IMG/VR virus record: IMGVR_UViG_3300027808_002699
DNA: 64,000 nucleotides
Reading direction: 5' to 3' (one strand)
From: an uncultured virus (IMG/VR IMGVR_UViG_3300027808_002699)
Taxonomy: Duplodnaviria; Heunggongvirae; Uroviricota; Caudoviricetes
Part shown: piece by piece, positions 49,133-58,417 of the stretch
Position numbering within the stretch: position 1 is the first letter of the stretch
How the letters are laid out: every line of letters begins with the position of its first letter
Notes under the pieces: generated by a model
Database searches by the model: none
The model's input: the letters and a program-made list of their open reading frames with translations, nothing else
Told to the model about the DNA's origin: nothing
Position numbers and translations under genes: made by a program

Positions 49133-50285
49133 TTTCCTTGCTCCAGAATTTTCCTCTGTAAAACATTTTTCCAGAACGAATAGGAATCATCTCAAGGTGA
49201 AACTCTTTGTCTCCATCTTGATATGTGACAACGCATAGGCCTTGCTGCCAGTTCTCGGTAACAGTCATTGGGCGACCATTAAGGTCGATTCCACCTCTTG
49301 TTGATGGTACAGCACCATCACAACGCGCCAGACAGCCAGCAGAAGCCGCCAAAATGGTTTTAGGGCCATCGTAGTCATCGCGAGTAAGTTCTGCCCATTC
49401 ACGCCTATGGATATGACCATACAGAACACTGGTCTTTTCTGTTGCCAGATAAGCATGAGCAGTGGAGCCACCAGACTTAACTTTTGTTCCGTGAATAACT
49501 TTAAGTTTTTCATTGACCCAATAGACTCCAGCAGGGTATCCAGGCACATAGGCAATACCGTATTCTTCGAATCGACAAAGATATGGGACGCTAAGCACTG
49601 GCCAAGACTCAGGAGAATTTCCTTTTTTAAGGCCAAATGCAGCGGCGGCATTATCAATTAAATAATTAACAAGACGCTCTTCGTGGTTACCAGCAAGCCA
49701 AACAATTTCAGAGTTTGGACTTGCGGCACGGAGACGAGCGACCATTGTGGTTGCGTAGTCAATAGATGCCTGAGTTGTTCTCTGGAATGCAGGAGAAAGA
49801 CGATACTTGCCCATCTCTGGAAGGTCCAGGTTGTCTCCATGCATGATTACCCTTTTGGGCTTTACAGAAGCGACAAGACTAATTGCTAGGTCGATAGCAT
49901 CTGGGTCATGACTTGGCTCAAGTTCGTTTTTCTCGTTATGAAAGAAACCAATCTGCATGTCTGGAAGAATTACAGCAGTATCCCACTCTGTTGATTTTTC
50001 AACAACGGTTGCAATTTTAGGCAACTTCACAGATGGTCCCTGTTGGATTACTGGCCATTCTGGTCCAGTATCCCAAGATGGAGAAATGATTACAGATACT
50101 CCACCAAGGTCATGAATTTCTGCAAGACCTTCTTCGTTTTTTGTAATTCCTTGCCATTCAGAAATGCGAATTTTTTCAATCCTGCCTACTTCTGCAACAT
50201 CGATACCAGACTTTTCTAAAAGTGCTGAAATCTTTCCAAGTCGTGTCTTAGATATTTCTTCATTAAGTGCGTCGCTAATAGACAT
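49125..50285 (-). CDS. Calcineurin-like metallophosphoesterase
   Basis: PDMQ, GDNLD, GNHE, IHG and GHIHR motifs. Confidence 0.9.
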   Translation of the reverse strand: MSISDALNEEISKTRLGKISALLEKSGIDVAEVGRIEKIRISEWQGITKNEEGLAEIHDLGGVSVIISPSWDTGPEWPVIQQGPSVKLPKIATVVEKSTEWDTAVILPDMQIGFFHNEKNELEPSHDPDAIDLAISLVASVKPKRVIMHGDNLDLPEMGKYRLSPAFQRTTQASIDYATTMVARLRAASPNSEIVWLAGNHEERLVNYLIDNAAAAFGLKKGNSPESWPVLSVPYLCRFEEYGIAYVPGYPAGVYWVNEKLKVIHGTKVKSGGSTAHAYLATEKTSVLYGHIHRREWAELTRDDYDGPKTILAASAGCLARCDGAVPSTRGGIDLNGRPMTVTENWQQGLCVVTYQDGDKEFHLEMIPIRSGKMFYRGKFWSKESA

Positions 50286-50521
50286 TATGCTTCCTTTTTG
50301 ATATTTACACTGCGCCAAAGAGAAATAGCCTGTTTCCCAACAGGCTGTCCTCGCGTAGTTAATACTTCAGCAATTTTGCTTGCTGAAATTTTTGATTCGT
50401 GTAAAGCAGTAAGAAGAGATTCTCTATCTTGCTTATTCATTCCACTTAGGATTGAATCAACTTTTCCGCCTCTTGGTGTCCCAGCAGTTTTATGCTTCAG
50501 ACATTCTTCAAATATTCCCAT
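50285..50521 (-). CDS. Small HTH-like protein coupled to the metallophosphoesterase
   Basis: SAS.IAEVL...G..V...AI..WR; GGAGG SD; stop overlaps the next start. Confidence 0.6.
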   Translation of the reverse strand: MGIFEECLKHKTAGTPRGGKVDSILSGMNKQDRESLLTALHESKISASKIAEVLTTRGQPVGKQAISLWRSVNIKKEA

Positions 50522-50555
50522 GATTCCTCCGTCGGCGTGTGTGCCGATACGGAGA

Positions 50556-51647
50556 CTATAGCATATCTAGAAGGTCGCTGAACTCTTTCAAATCATTGAG
50601 GGTCAAGAATGCTGCTTTTTCTTCAGGCACTTCACAGCATCCATCGACATGCTCTTCATTAGCGCATGCTGTAGGTGCTTCTTCGGCAACTGCTTCTTCG
50701 GCTGCTGCTTCTTCGACAACCTCGGTTGCTTCTTCGGCTGCGACCACTTCTTCTTCAGCAACTACTTCTTCGGCAACTTCTTCAGATTTAACTTCTGTTT
50801 CAATTGCTGGAGCATCAATCGCTGCTTCATCTGCTTGTTTTTCTTCAATTACTGTGGCATCAATTTTGACACCAATTTCAGCAATTACCAATTTGGCAAT
50901 GCTCTTAACGAGCACTTCAAAATCTTGTTCAGTCATTTCATAATCCTTCGATTTGGTGTTTGTAACATTATCAATACCTTCTGATTTTTCACCAGAGGGT
51001 ACAACTTCTTCACTATATTCTTGCACATTATCTTCTAGACCCATTGTCAGGAAGTTTTCTTGTTTTGCTTCTTCTAGTGGAAAATCATAAACCGCATCGC
51101 TAGGGAGCCATTCTTCATCAGTAAATGTCCACTCGCGGATGGCTGCTTCATCACCATTAATTTCCATAATGGTTCCATAGATAATACCTTCTACATTGTC
51201 AACAGATACAGTCTGTCCTACAGAAAGTTCACTTGACTTTGTTTCCACAAGGCTGTAGATGCTATCAATTTCAGACTTTGCAAGAAGTGGTGGTGCCTGT
51301 CGACCAGCGTCTTCATAATGTGAAGCCAAATGACGGTGAACTGCGTTGCGACCAGAATCATCAAGTACTGTTCCACTGCGAGAGCCATTAAGTGCGGCAA
51401 TTCCAGCAGCGAGAGCGCGGAAGTTTGCTGCTCCAGGAGTTCCGTCAGCAGCCACCATGTGATGGATAAAGCGATAAGAAGACTTAACTGTCTCGTCTGA
51501 GCCATTGTCAAGCCATGCATAGATGCGACGGAAATATGCGCGGGTTGATGGGCTATCTACACGGCGCTCATTTACACCATTGTCCCATGAAGAAGTCATA
51601 TCTACTTCTGTCGAATGGCTTGGTAGACCCACTTTTGCTTCACTCAT
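50556..51647 (-). CDS. Head-module protein, possible scaffold/accessory: N-terminal domain paralogous to the protease C-terminus, long acidic tail
   Basis: YRFIHH.V.ADGTPGAA...L......LNG.RSG....HY.D.GR..P.L; Glu/Ala-rich C-terminus. Confidence 0.65.
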   Translation of the reverse strand: MSEAKVGLPSHSTEVDMTSSWDNGVNERRVDSPSTRAYFRRIYAWLDNGSDETVKSSYRFIHHMVAADGTPGAANFRALAAGIAALNGSRSGTVLDDSGRNAVHRHLASHYEDAGRQAPPLLAKSEIDSIYSLVETKSSELSVGQTVSVDNVEGIIYGTIMEINGDEAAIREWTFTDEEWLPSDAVYDFPLEEAKQENFLTMGLEDNVQEYSEEVVPSGEKSEGIDNVTNTKSKDYEMTEQDFEVLVKSIAKLVIAEIGVKIDATVIEEKQADEAAIDAPAIETEVKSEEVAEEVVAEEEVVAAEEATEVVEEAAAEEAVAEEAPTACANEEHVDGCCEVPEEKAAFLTLNDLKEFSDLLDML

Positions 51648-53541
51648 GTGTTTGTTCCTTGGTTGTTAGCGGCTCATCAATCAAGCCTTTTTCCATCATT
51701 ATTTCATCTACTGCAAAATCGCTTTTAAGTTCTGGCGGTGTTCTGCCAAAATCAATATAGTGACGCTTGTAGTGATTGTACATCTTCTGACGCTCTTCGC
51801 CTCGCAAACGAGTTCCACTACGCCCACCATTAAGCAGTGACATTGTGTTCATTAGCGCAGGCCAAGATGCTGCTCCAGGAGTTCCGTCAGCCCCAACAAA
51901 ATGATGCACATAGGTATAATGCGTTTTCATTGTTCCGTCTGTTCCAGGAGTCTGGTATCCAAAAATCTTATCGTAGTAGGCCTTTGTGGCAGGAGATTTC
52001 ATGCGGCGGAACTGAACAGTGTCTACCCAGTGTGAAGAATCGTCTACTGATGTTTTATGGATTGGAGATACATGACCTTTAAGTTCCAAAGAATGAATTG
52101 ACTTTTCGTCTTCCATCTCATCTTCTTCATCATCCATTTCTTCCATATCAGGCTCTGATTCAGGAGATGTCTCAATAAGTGTCTGGTCAATTACCCACAG
52201 TTTGCAAATTGCATCTGGAGCAATTTTGCCTTCTACAATATGGCAACCTTGTCCACCTTCGTAAAATACACAATTAGAGCACTTTAGGCCTTCTGCGACA
52301 AATGGATTTTCTTCTGCGTAATGAGCGCCATCTGCCATTGAAGACTGGTCAAACTTGCCAAACTCTCCGACAATCTCCACATAGTATTCGACCATTTCCA
52401 CTTGACGCTCATTAAGGCCTTTTTCGGACACTTCATGAGGAGCCATAGGAACATCAGTTTCGTCTTCCATCTCGTCTGGCTCTTCTGGCATTGGCATTGG
52501 AGGGGCCATCTGCTTCATTGCTGGGCGTGGCTTGCGGATTGTACGAGCAGTTCTTGGCTGACGAGGAGTAATCCCAATACTTTGTGGTTCTCCAAAAGCA
52601 CTAGGTGAGCCTTCTGGTGAATCAGTGAAGACATCTTTTTCTTCATCCCTAGCATTCATTGCGGCTACAAGTTTATCTGACCACCTACGACCAGCATCTC
52701 CACCCCATAGTTTCCATGCGATGATTCCATTTCCTGGATATCCTTCTGCGCTTGGGTCACTATTTTTAGGAAGAGACTGTTCGTTTTCATGACGAGGGAA
52801 GTAGCGAGCAATATGTCTTGCTTTTTCTGGAGATACTGTTGAGTTGGAAACGAGGTAACTTGCGGTATTTTTGCCGACAGATGTTCCTCCACGACCATAC
52901 TCTTTTGACCACTTCAGGCCAATTTCTGCTTGACTCTTTACGCCTTCAGGGATTGCAAAACTAATATCTGAATAGCGAGAAACAAGTGCTTTTGATTCTT
53001 CGGTATCAGAAACTTCTTCGATGAAGTCATCAATGGTCTTAACATTGAGTGTGCGAGTATGGGGGGCTGCACCAAAGATAACAGGACTATACTCATACAG
53101 TTCAAGTTCATTAATCTTGCGAATTCCAGTTTTTGAATCTGTTACAGACTTTGATTCTCCGACCGAGTAACCAATAGACCATTCTTGCTCAGGACCAAAG
53201 AATTGAACATCATGGAAAGCGTCACGACCGCGAGTTGTATTCAAGTTGAACTGCATACGCACAAGAAGCGCCCCAGCATTTTTGCCAATCAAGTCCATTG
53301 GGAGACGAGGGTCTCCAGGCATTAGTTCTTCTACGCGGAGAGTTTTTGCGACTGGGATATTTGTGTCATGAGACCAAACACCCTTTGGGTTACGCTTTTT
53401 GAGCGTATTTTTATAGGCTCCTGGAACAATGATGTCGTTAACCGAGTCAACAATATTGGTTACAGAAACGATGGCTTCTGCCACACCCTCAATGGTGTCA
53501 ACATTAATAACATCTGATACTTGTACTTGTTTATGTTCCAA
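51640..53541 (-). CDS. HK97-family prohead protease with several appended domains
   Basis: N.VDS.ND.I.PGA, W.HD, WSIGY, L.EYSPV.FGA...T; probable TTG start after GGAGG. Confidence 0.9.
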   Translation of the reverse strand: MEHKQVQVSDVINVDTIEGVAEAIVSVTNIVDSVNDIIVPGAYKNTLKKRNPKGVWSHDTNIPVAKTLRVEELMPGDPRLPMDLIGKNAGALLVRMQFNLNTTRGRDAFHDVQFFGPEQEWSIGYSVGESKSVTDSKTGIRKINELELYEYSPVIFGAAPHTRTLNVKTIDDFIEEVSDTEESKALVSRYSDISFAIPEGVKSQAEIGLKWSKEYGRGGTSVGKNTASYLVSNSTVSPEKARHIARYFPRHENEQSLPKNSDPSAEGYPGNGIIAWKLWGGDAGRRWSDKLVAAMNARDEEKDVFTDSPEGSPSAFGEPQSIGITPRQPRTARTIRKPRPAMKQMAPPMPMPEEPDEMEDETDVPMAPHEVSEKGLNERQVEMVEYYVEIVGEFGKFDQSSMADGAHYAEENPFVAEGLKCSNCVFYEGGQGCHIVEGKIAPDAICKLWVIDQTLIETSPESEPDMEEMDDEEDEMEDEKSIHSLELKGHVSPIHKTSVDDSSHWVDTVQFRRMKSPATKAYYDKIFGYQTPGTDGTMKTHYTYVHHFVGADGTPGAASWPALMNTMSLLNGGRSGTRLRGEERQKMYNHYKRHYIDFGRTPPELKSDFAVDEIMMEKGLIDEPLTTKEQTHE

Positions 53542-53625
53542 AATGCCCTCCGCATGCAATATAACTTATAAAACAACGCGATTGTTGTAGCGTAATCTTA
53601 GACTATACAAATATGTATAGATGAA

Positions 53626-55809
53626 CTATGAGAAGCGTAATGTGCAGCGACAGTTCACAATTTCATCTGCGACACCATTGATGTCTCCAGGATATGAGAT
53701 TGATTTGCCGTCAATGACGAATGACTCATCAATATCAATAATTGTGTTTTCAATTGATGTGTGATTATGGCGAGAACCATCGTCAGAAAGAGGAACCCAA
53801 GATTTTCTTGTAAATCCAGAATCCTTAGCGGCAATCATCATGCCACTATTGAAAGAACCAGACACTTCTGTTCTTGCAATCATTGCAATTCGTGATGCTG
53901 TTGAGAATGTAAGTCTTTCCTCAAGGTCTGAAATAAATTCGTTATGTGACTTGCTGGAAGATTTCTCTAGAACTGAATCAATGATTGATTTAGTTGTTTC
54001 ATTGACAAGGGCCATTCTCATGCTTCTTTGTTCAATAATATCCAACACTTCTGGGTTATTTTGATTTGCTGGGTTATTGATTGAACTCATACCAGAAATT
54101 TCAATAATTCCATCAATCACAGCAGATGTAATCCATGTATTGGCATCTTCAATAAATTGAGAATCCCATACTTCTTTATCAAATACTTCAGATGAAGAGA
54201 TTTTTGCTTCGCTATCCCATTTATCTTTTACTTTGCGAGAAGAGGCTTTTTCCATGATGACACGGCGCTGGCGCTTGAACATTGCACCCATCTGAAGAGC
54301 GACACTGCGCTCCATGCGCTGAATATGACGGTATCTACGCTCAGCAAGATTGTCTTCTTCTTTTGTCTCTGGGATATCAAACGCTAGTTGAGTTGAAGGA
54401 GATGCCTGCACGGCAATTGGAGCAGGTCCACTTGTCGAGTCTCTAGGGATATTGACATCGCTAGTAACTCCTTCGGAACTGTCACTTGGTTTTTTGGGAG
54501 GTCTGCCTGGCCTTTGGGCTGGATTTAGTCTTTGCCCAGTTCCATTAGCATCTGGACTTGCTTGTGCCGCTTCTGTGCTTGTTGAATCAACTTCAAGAAC
54601 TACTGGAGAAAGGTTGGTTGGCACCAGAAGGTTATTAATTCCAACAGCATTGCGACCAGTAAGAATGCGATACTCATCAATTGAGATTGCACCCTGCTTT
54701 AGTTCCTCAAGGTGATATGCAGACCTCTCACGGTTGTCTCTATCAAGCGTAGCGACTGAAGAAAGGTCATGTGAGTAAAAGGTGCTTGGGTCATCATCTA
54801 GCCTGTCAAAAGCCCTCTCAATGAGTGTGATGTGGGGAAGCATTGTCTCACGCCAGAAAATGTCTACTTCAACATCGGCATTAGCAAATGTTCGTCCAGC
54901 AGCATTGCCCAGAATCGCTTCAGGAACACCAAAGGCGATTAGGATTTCATCCTTGTTAAGTTGACGGGCTTCTGTATATTGAGCATCGCGCTGGCTAGTA
55001 GATGTATCAATCCATGTAGCGGCATCGGCAGACATCACTGTTGTGCGACCAGCGCCACCAATGTTGTTTCCAGTTGTACCCTGAAATCTGCGACTAATTT
55101 CTTCGGCTTCAACATCGCCCATTTCGCCATTAACAACAAGAATTCCGCCTGGACGGTTGTCATTGACCACGAAGTTGCGGTTATAAATCTTTGAATAGTA
55201 ATCGTATTCAAGTGCAAGACCAGCAGACTCAAGTGGAGTTTGTCCCTTATATGGGTCCGTTGGGTGTGGAACTTTAATCCAGATAACTTGTTCGGGGGTA
55301 AGAATACGATTCTTTCCCTGTCCCATTTCGACTACATATCCAGTTACAAAATTAACTGGGTCTGGGATTGGGTATGTAATTGCTGGTGGCAAAAGATTAA
55401 AACTGATTACATCGCCAACTTTGTTCCTTACAACCTCTACAAATGCTCCCTTTTTTGACAACAAGATTTGCTGTGAAAGCATAAATCTAAAGGTGAAAGC
55501 ATCTTGATATTCATTTGCCTTGTGATTAAGCAAATGAATAATTGGAGTATGTGGGAGAATCTCTCCGCTGCGAGGATTTTGCGAGCGAAGATTAATGCTC
55601 AATCTGGCGGCATTGGAGGCAATTGCGTATGCTGCCTTATAAGCCCATGTGACCTTTTCGAGAGCATCTTCAATGCCTCGGTCGACATCCCAGCCGTCCT
55701 TGTATGGCTTTCCTGACTGCGAATATCCATTAGTAGGAATATAGACAGAGCGCTTAGATTCGAGAAAGCCATCAGATGTATGGCCAGAGAAAGAACTTAA
55801 AAATGGCAT
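53626..55809 (-). CDS. Portal protein (HK97 family) fused to a C-terminal MuF/head morphogenesis domain
   Basis: G.TPL..A, PGGIL, I..AFGVP...LG, G.ISIDE.R...G (portal); R...IARTE, K.W......R..H, PGD......NCRC (MuF). Confidence 0.92.
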   Translation of the reverse strand: MPFLSSFSGHTSDGFLESKRSVYIPTNGYSQSGKPYKDGWDVDRGIEDALEKVTWAYKAAYAIASNAARLSINLRSQNPRSGEILPHTPIIHLLNHKANEYQDAFTFRFMLSQQILLSKKGAFVEVVRNKVGDVISFNLLPPAITYPIPDPVNFVTGYVVEMGQGKNRILTPEQVIWIKVPHPTDPYKGQTPLESAGLALEYDYYSKIYNRNFVVNDNRPGGILVVNGEMGDVEAEEISRRFQGTTGNNIGGAGRTTVMSADAATWIDTSTSQRDAQYTEARQLNKDEILIAFGVPEAILGNAAGRTFANADVEVDIFWRETMLPHITLIERAFDRLDDDPSTFYSHDLSSVATLDRDNRERSAYHLEELKQGAISIDEYRILTGRNAVGINNLLVPTNLSPVVLEVDSTSTEAAQASPDANGTGQRLNPAQRPGRPPKKPSDSSEGVTSDVNIPRDSTSGPAPIAVQASPSTQLAFDIPETKEEDNLAERRYRHIQRMERSVALQMGAMFKRQRRVIMEKASSRKVKDKWDSEAKISSSEVFDKEVWDSQFIEDANTWITSAVIDGIIEISGMSSINNPANQNNPEVLDIIEQRSMRMALVNETTKSIIDSVLEKSSSKSHNEFISDLEERLTFSTASRIAMIARTEVSGSFNSGMMIAAKDSGFTRKSWVPLSDDGSRHNHTSIENTIIDIDESFVIDGKSISYPGDINGVADEIVNCRCTLRFS

Positions 55810-55812
55810 TCA

Positions 55813-56055
55813 CTAACCTTTGTTGTCGTAGCCGAATAGTAGCGCAATAATTAACAATACTGCCGAAAGGCACAAAAAGCCGATAGCCTCGTTAATTAAA
55901 AATCCACCCAATGCCAGAAATGAACATCCGCCAAACAGGCAAGAGAGTGCAATATTTGCTCTCCATCTTCCTGTAACTACTTTTGGTGACACTGCACCAA
56001 TAATCATAAATACCAGACATGGTATAATATACAATAAATTAATCTTTGTTTCCAT
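55813..56055 (-). CDS. Small membrane protein upstream of the portal gene
   Basis: About 80 aa with three hydrophobic segments; likely start METK. Confidence 0.65.
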   Translation of the reverse strand: METKINLLYIIPCLVFMIIGAVSPKVVTGRWRANIALSCLFGGCSFLALGGFLINEAIGFLCLSAVLLIIALLFGYDNKG

Positions 56056-56084
56056 ATGTTCTTTCACTTTTATTTCTAGTGAAA

Positions 56085-56123
56085 TGGAAACCAACTAGTA
56101 CGCATTGAACTAGTTGGTTTCCA
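56085..56123 (-). terminator. Perfect 15-bp hairpin, probable terminator downstream of ssb
   Basis: tggaaaccaactagt-acgcattga-actagttggtttcca; followed by UUUC on the minus strand. Confidence 0.75.
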
Positions 56124-56129
56124 CTCACC

Positions 56130-56217
56130 GAGATAGTTCACCTCCTAGCCATTGCTATACCGTTTAACGGGTTAATGCAACAGTAAAAGGCTTTCACTGC
56201 CTAGGAAGAGTAATCTC
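56130..56217 (-). ncRNA. Candidate structured RNA between the ssb stop and the terminator
   Basis: Outer pairings GAGAU/AUCUC and CUUCCUAG/CUAGGAGG enclose two inner hairpins. Confidence 0.4.
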
Positions 56218-56649
56218 CTAGAAAGGCTCTTCTTGGTCGTCCCATACTGGTTGCTTTGGTGCTTCTGAACGAGAATAGTTCCCGTTAGATTCATTCTTAA
56301 CAATTTCAGGGACAGTTGCAAGGCGAAGTGATACTCCGATATCTTCGGCAACAACAACGATTTTATTTCGCTTATCGCCATTCTTGTCTTGCCATGACTC
56401 TTGCTTCAGACGACCAACCACTACTACGCGGTTACCCTTCTTTAGCGACTTGGTTGTATTTTTACCAAGTTCTGACCATGCTGTGACATCAAAGTAGGAA
56501 GTTTCTTCTTCCCACTCATCATTCTTATTTTTCCAACGGCGGGAAGAGGCTACGGAGAAACTTGTGATTGCTCCACCATTTCCTGTTGCCCGCTCTTCTG
56601 GGTCTCTTGTCAAGTTACCTACGATGGTAACGCTTGTTCCGTTGCTCAC
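56218..56649 (-). CDS. ssb: Single-stranded DNA-binding protein
   Basis: VGNLTRDPE, FSVA..RRW, KG.RV.V.GRL....W.D..G..R; acidic tip EEPF. Confidence 0.97.
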   Translation of the reverse strand: MSNGTSVTIVGNLTRDPEERATGNGGAITSFSVASSRRWKNKNDEWEEETSYFDVTAWSELGKNTTKSLKKGNRVVVVGRLKQESWQDKNGDKRNKIVVVAEDIGVSLRLATVPEIVKNESNGNYSRSEAPKQPVWDDQEEPF

Positions 56650-56658
56650 TTTGTTCTC

Positions 56659-57204
56659 CTAGTGGCTAGATGTGCTTGTGCTGTTTTGTTTTAATTGCAG
56701 TAAAAACCAGTCATGTATCCACATGATTGCTATTACTGAGTATCCAACAATATCAAGCCAAGTATCTTTGATTGGTTCAAAGAGGACTGGGCCATCATGA
56801 TGTTGAAGATTTTTAAGGCGCTCGATTTTGTCGTTCAGCCTGATTACGATTCCTGGAAGTGCAAACCTAGCAATATTCTCTTGACCATACATTTTTTGCT
56901 TGGCTACAAGGGTATCGAAGATTTCATTAACAGCAATCCTTGTATTGGTTGCTGCTACTATAGCATAACCATGCATAGCATATGCGGCAATACTGCTAAT
57001 AAGTTCTTCAATGCTTTCTGAATCTTTTTCATTATTGGTGAAAATTTCTTCTACCAATTCATCAAACTGAGAAGAGATAACATCAAAGCAGTGTTCAATA
57101 CCAGAGCAATCAGCGACTGCTGTTGATTTTGCAAGGTCAAAAGTTGAATCGATAACCATCGAAGCCGCTGTTTGCCAATTTCTGGGATTAGGTACTGTAC
57201 TCAT
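56659..57204 (-). CDS. Nucleotide-modification-associated domain 1 (Nmad1/DUF1599-like) protein
   Basis: KQ..YG..NI.......IRL.DK.ERL.NL......E...DT..D..GY..I. Confidence 0.75.
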   Translation of the reverse strand: MSTVPNPRNWQTAASMVIDSTFDLAKSTAVADCSGIEHCFDVISSQFDELVEEIFTNNEKDSESIEELISSIAAYAMHGYAIVAATNTRIAVNEIFDTLVAKQKMYGQENIARFALPGIVIRLNDKIERLKNLQHHDGPVLFEPIKDTWLDIVGYSVIAIMWIHDWFLLQLKQNSTSTSSH

Positions 57205-57974
57205 AGAAGGCTTTTGTTAGCCACGGGAGCAAGTATAGCAGTTTTTGACTTGCGCTGCTCCCATTCAAAGATTCTCCTAAGGGACAAAAATGTATGAAAT
57301 ACATCATCATCAATTTTCAATGGCTGAAAAGCCCACTTGTCTGGACGAAGCCATAGTGCTGCTCCTGCATCAATGCGGGGCATTTCGATTTCTTCATTCT
57401 CATCATTAAACATGACATCTGCGCGAGCATAAGCAGCCAACTGCATTGCTACTTTTGAAGAGATTCCAGAGCGAGTTGTCTTAAAGTCGATAATGTAGTT
57501 CTTATCTTTAATTTTACAAATAGCATCAAAGGAACCTGCATATAGGTGGGTTACCGAAAAGATTGGGCGCTCGATAAATAGCCACTCAGGTTCAAATCTG
57601 TCACAAAACTGATAGAAGCCATCTACATATGGCATTAGGTCTTCTTCTACTTCAAACAATGGGTCGTTGATGAGGTCCTCAAGAACCTTATGGACCCTAT
57701 CTCCCATGTCAGCCGCTTTGCTAAGTTCCCTATCGGGAGCGCCCTTCAGCCACTCAATAGCACGAGTCTTAGACTTTGCCGCTACTTCATTCACATAATC
57801 AAGATTCTCTACTGCTGACATCGCCGTAATTTTGCTATTCCACTTGCGGAGGTAGGGAGCAGGCATCATGTCTAATACAGATGTGACGCTAGGCACTTTA
57901 AGATTCTTTTGTGTCGGGTGCTTGTAGAACCTTCGACCGTCAATGCTGACTGTTTCAATTTTTGGTGTTGTCAT
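57201..57974 (-). CDS. PD-(D/E)XK exonuclease (Cas4/RecB-like)
   Basis: R.Y......PSVTSVL, G..VH, YAG.FD, IDFKT, QLAAY. Confidence 0.88.
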   Translation of the reverse strand: MTTPKIETVSIDGRRFYKHPTQKNLKVPSVTSVLDMMPAPYLRKWNSKITAMSAVENLDYVNEVAAKSKTRAIEWLKGAPDRELSKAADMGDRVHKVLEDLINDPLFEVEEDLMPYVDGFYQFCDRFEPEWLFIERPIFSVTHLYAGSFDAICKIKDKNYIIDFKTTRSGISSKVAMQLAAYARADVMFNDENEEIEMPRIDAGAALWLRPDKWAFQPLKIDDDVFHTFLSLRRIFEWEQRKSKTAILAPVANKSLL

Positions 57975-58189
57975 TGTAATATTCCTTTGTGTTTAACTAT
58001 TGACCAATCAGTGCTATAGACATAATGAGTACTTGATGTACCAATATACAGGCTTCTGCCCATATCTAATACATAATATTCCCATGTTGGGTAAGCAACA
58101 TCCATAGTTTTTTTATCTAATGGACCGCCCGAAAGCGTAATTTCAATACTTGTTATTTTTTTTTCTTTATTAGATTTTGGTCTAACCAT
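57971..58189 (-). CDS. Hypothetical protein
   Basis: 72 aa, L.GGPLD motif, coupled to the downstream gene. Confidence 0.55.
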   Translation of the reverse strand: MVRPKSNKEKKITSIEITLSGGPLDKKTMDVAYPTWEYYVLDMGRSLYIGTSSTHYVYSTDWSIVKHKGILQ

Positions 58190-58191
58190 TA

Positions 58192-58401
58192 TTATTTATG
58201 TAGGTGCCAGTCAATATGACCGTCAAGCCTTTCAGACACAGAGTCTAGGCCTTCAACTACATTATCCAACTTCTTCATTACTTGACCGTGGTCTTCACGG
58301 TTTTCCTTGTGCATTTTCTTAAATGTGGAAATCATTGCGATTCCGATTCCACTAATCCCTGTTATGAGTGAGGCAATTACCACCGACCATGCGTCATTCA
58401 T
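58192..58401 (-). CDS. Small membrane-anchored coiled-coil protein
   Basis: N-terminal TM segment, EN..DH..V, and RLD.HI.WH end, a pattern common in actinophages. Confidence 0.65.
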   Translation of the reverse strand: MNDAWSVVIASLITGISGIGIAMISTFKKMHKENREDHGQVMKKLDNVVEGLDSVSERLDGHIDWHLHK

Positions 58402-58417
58402 ATTACAGCCCTATTCG

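Noticed and set aside
56130..56217. tRNA or a known riboswitch in the ssb downstream region
   Set aside because: No T-loop, D-loop or CCA pattern, and I could not match it to a riboswitch consensus I know; kept only as an unassigned structured element.
57201..57974. Cas4 as part of a CRISPR-Cas system
   Set aside because: A stand-alone phage PD-(D/E)XK exonuclease near ssb; no other cas genes or array.
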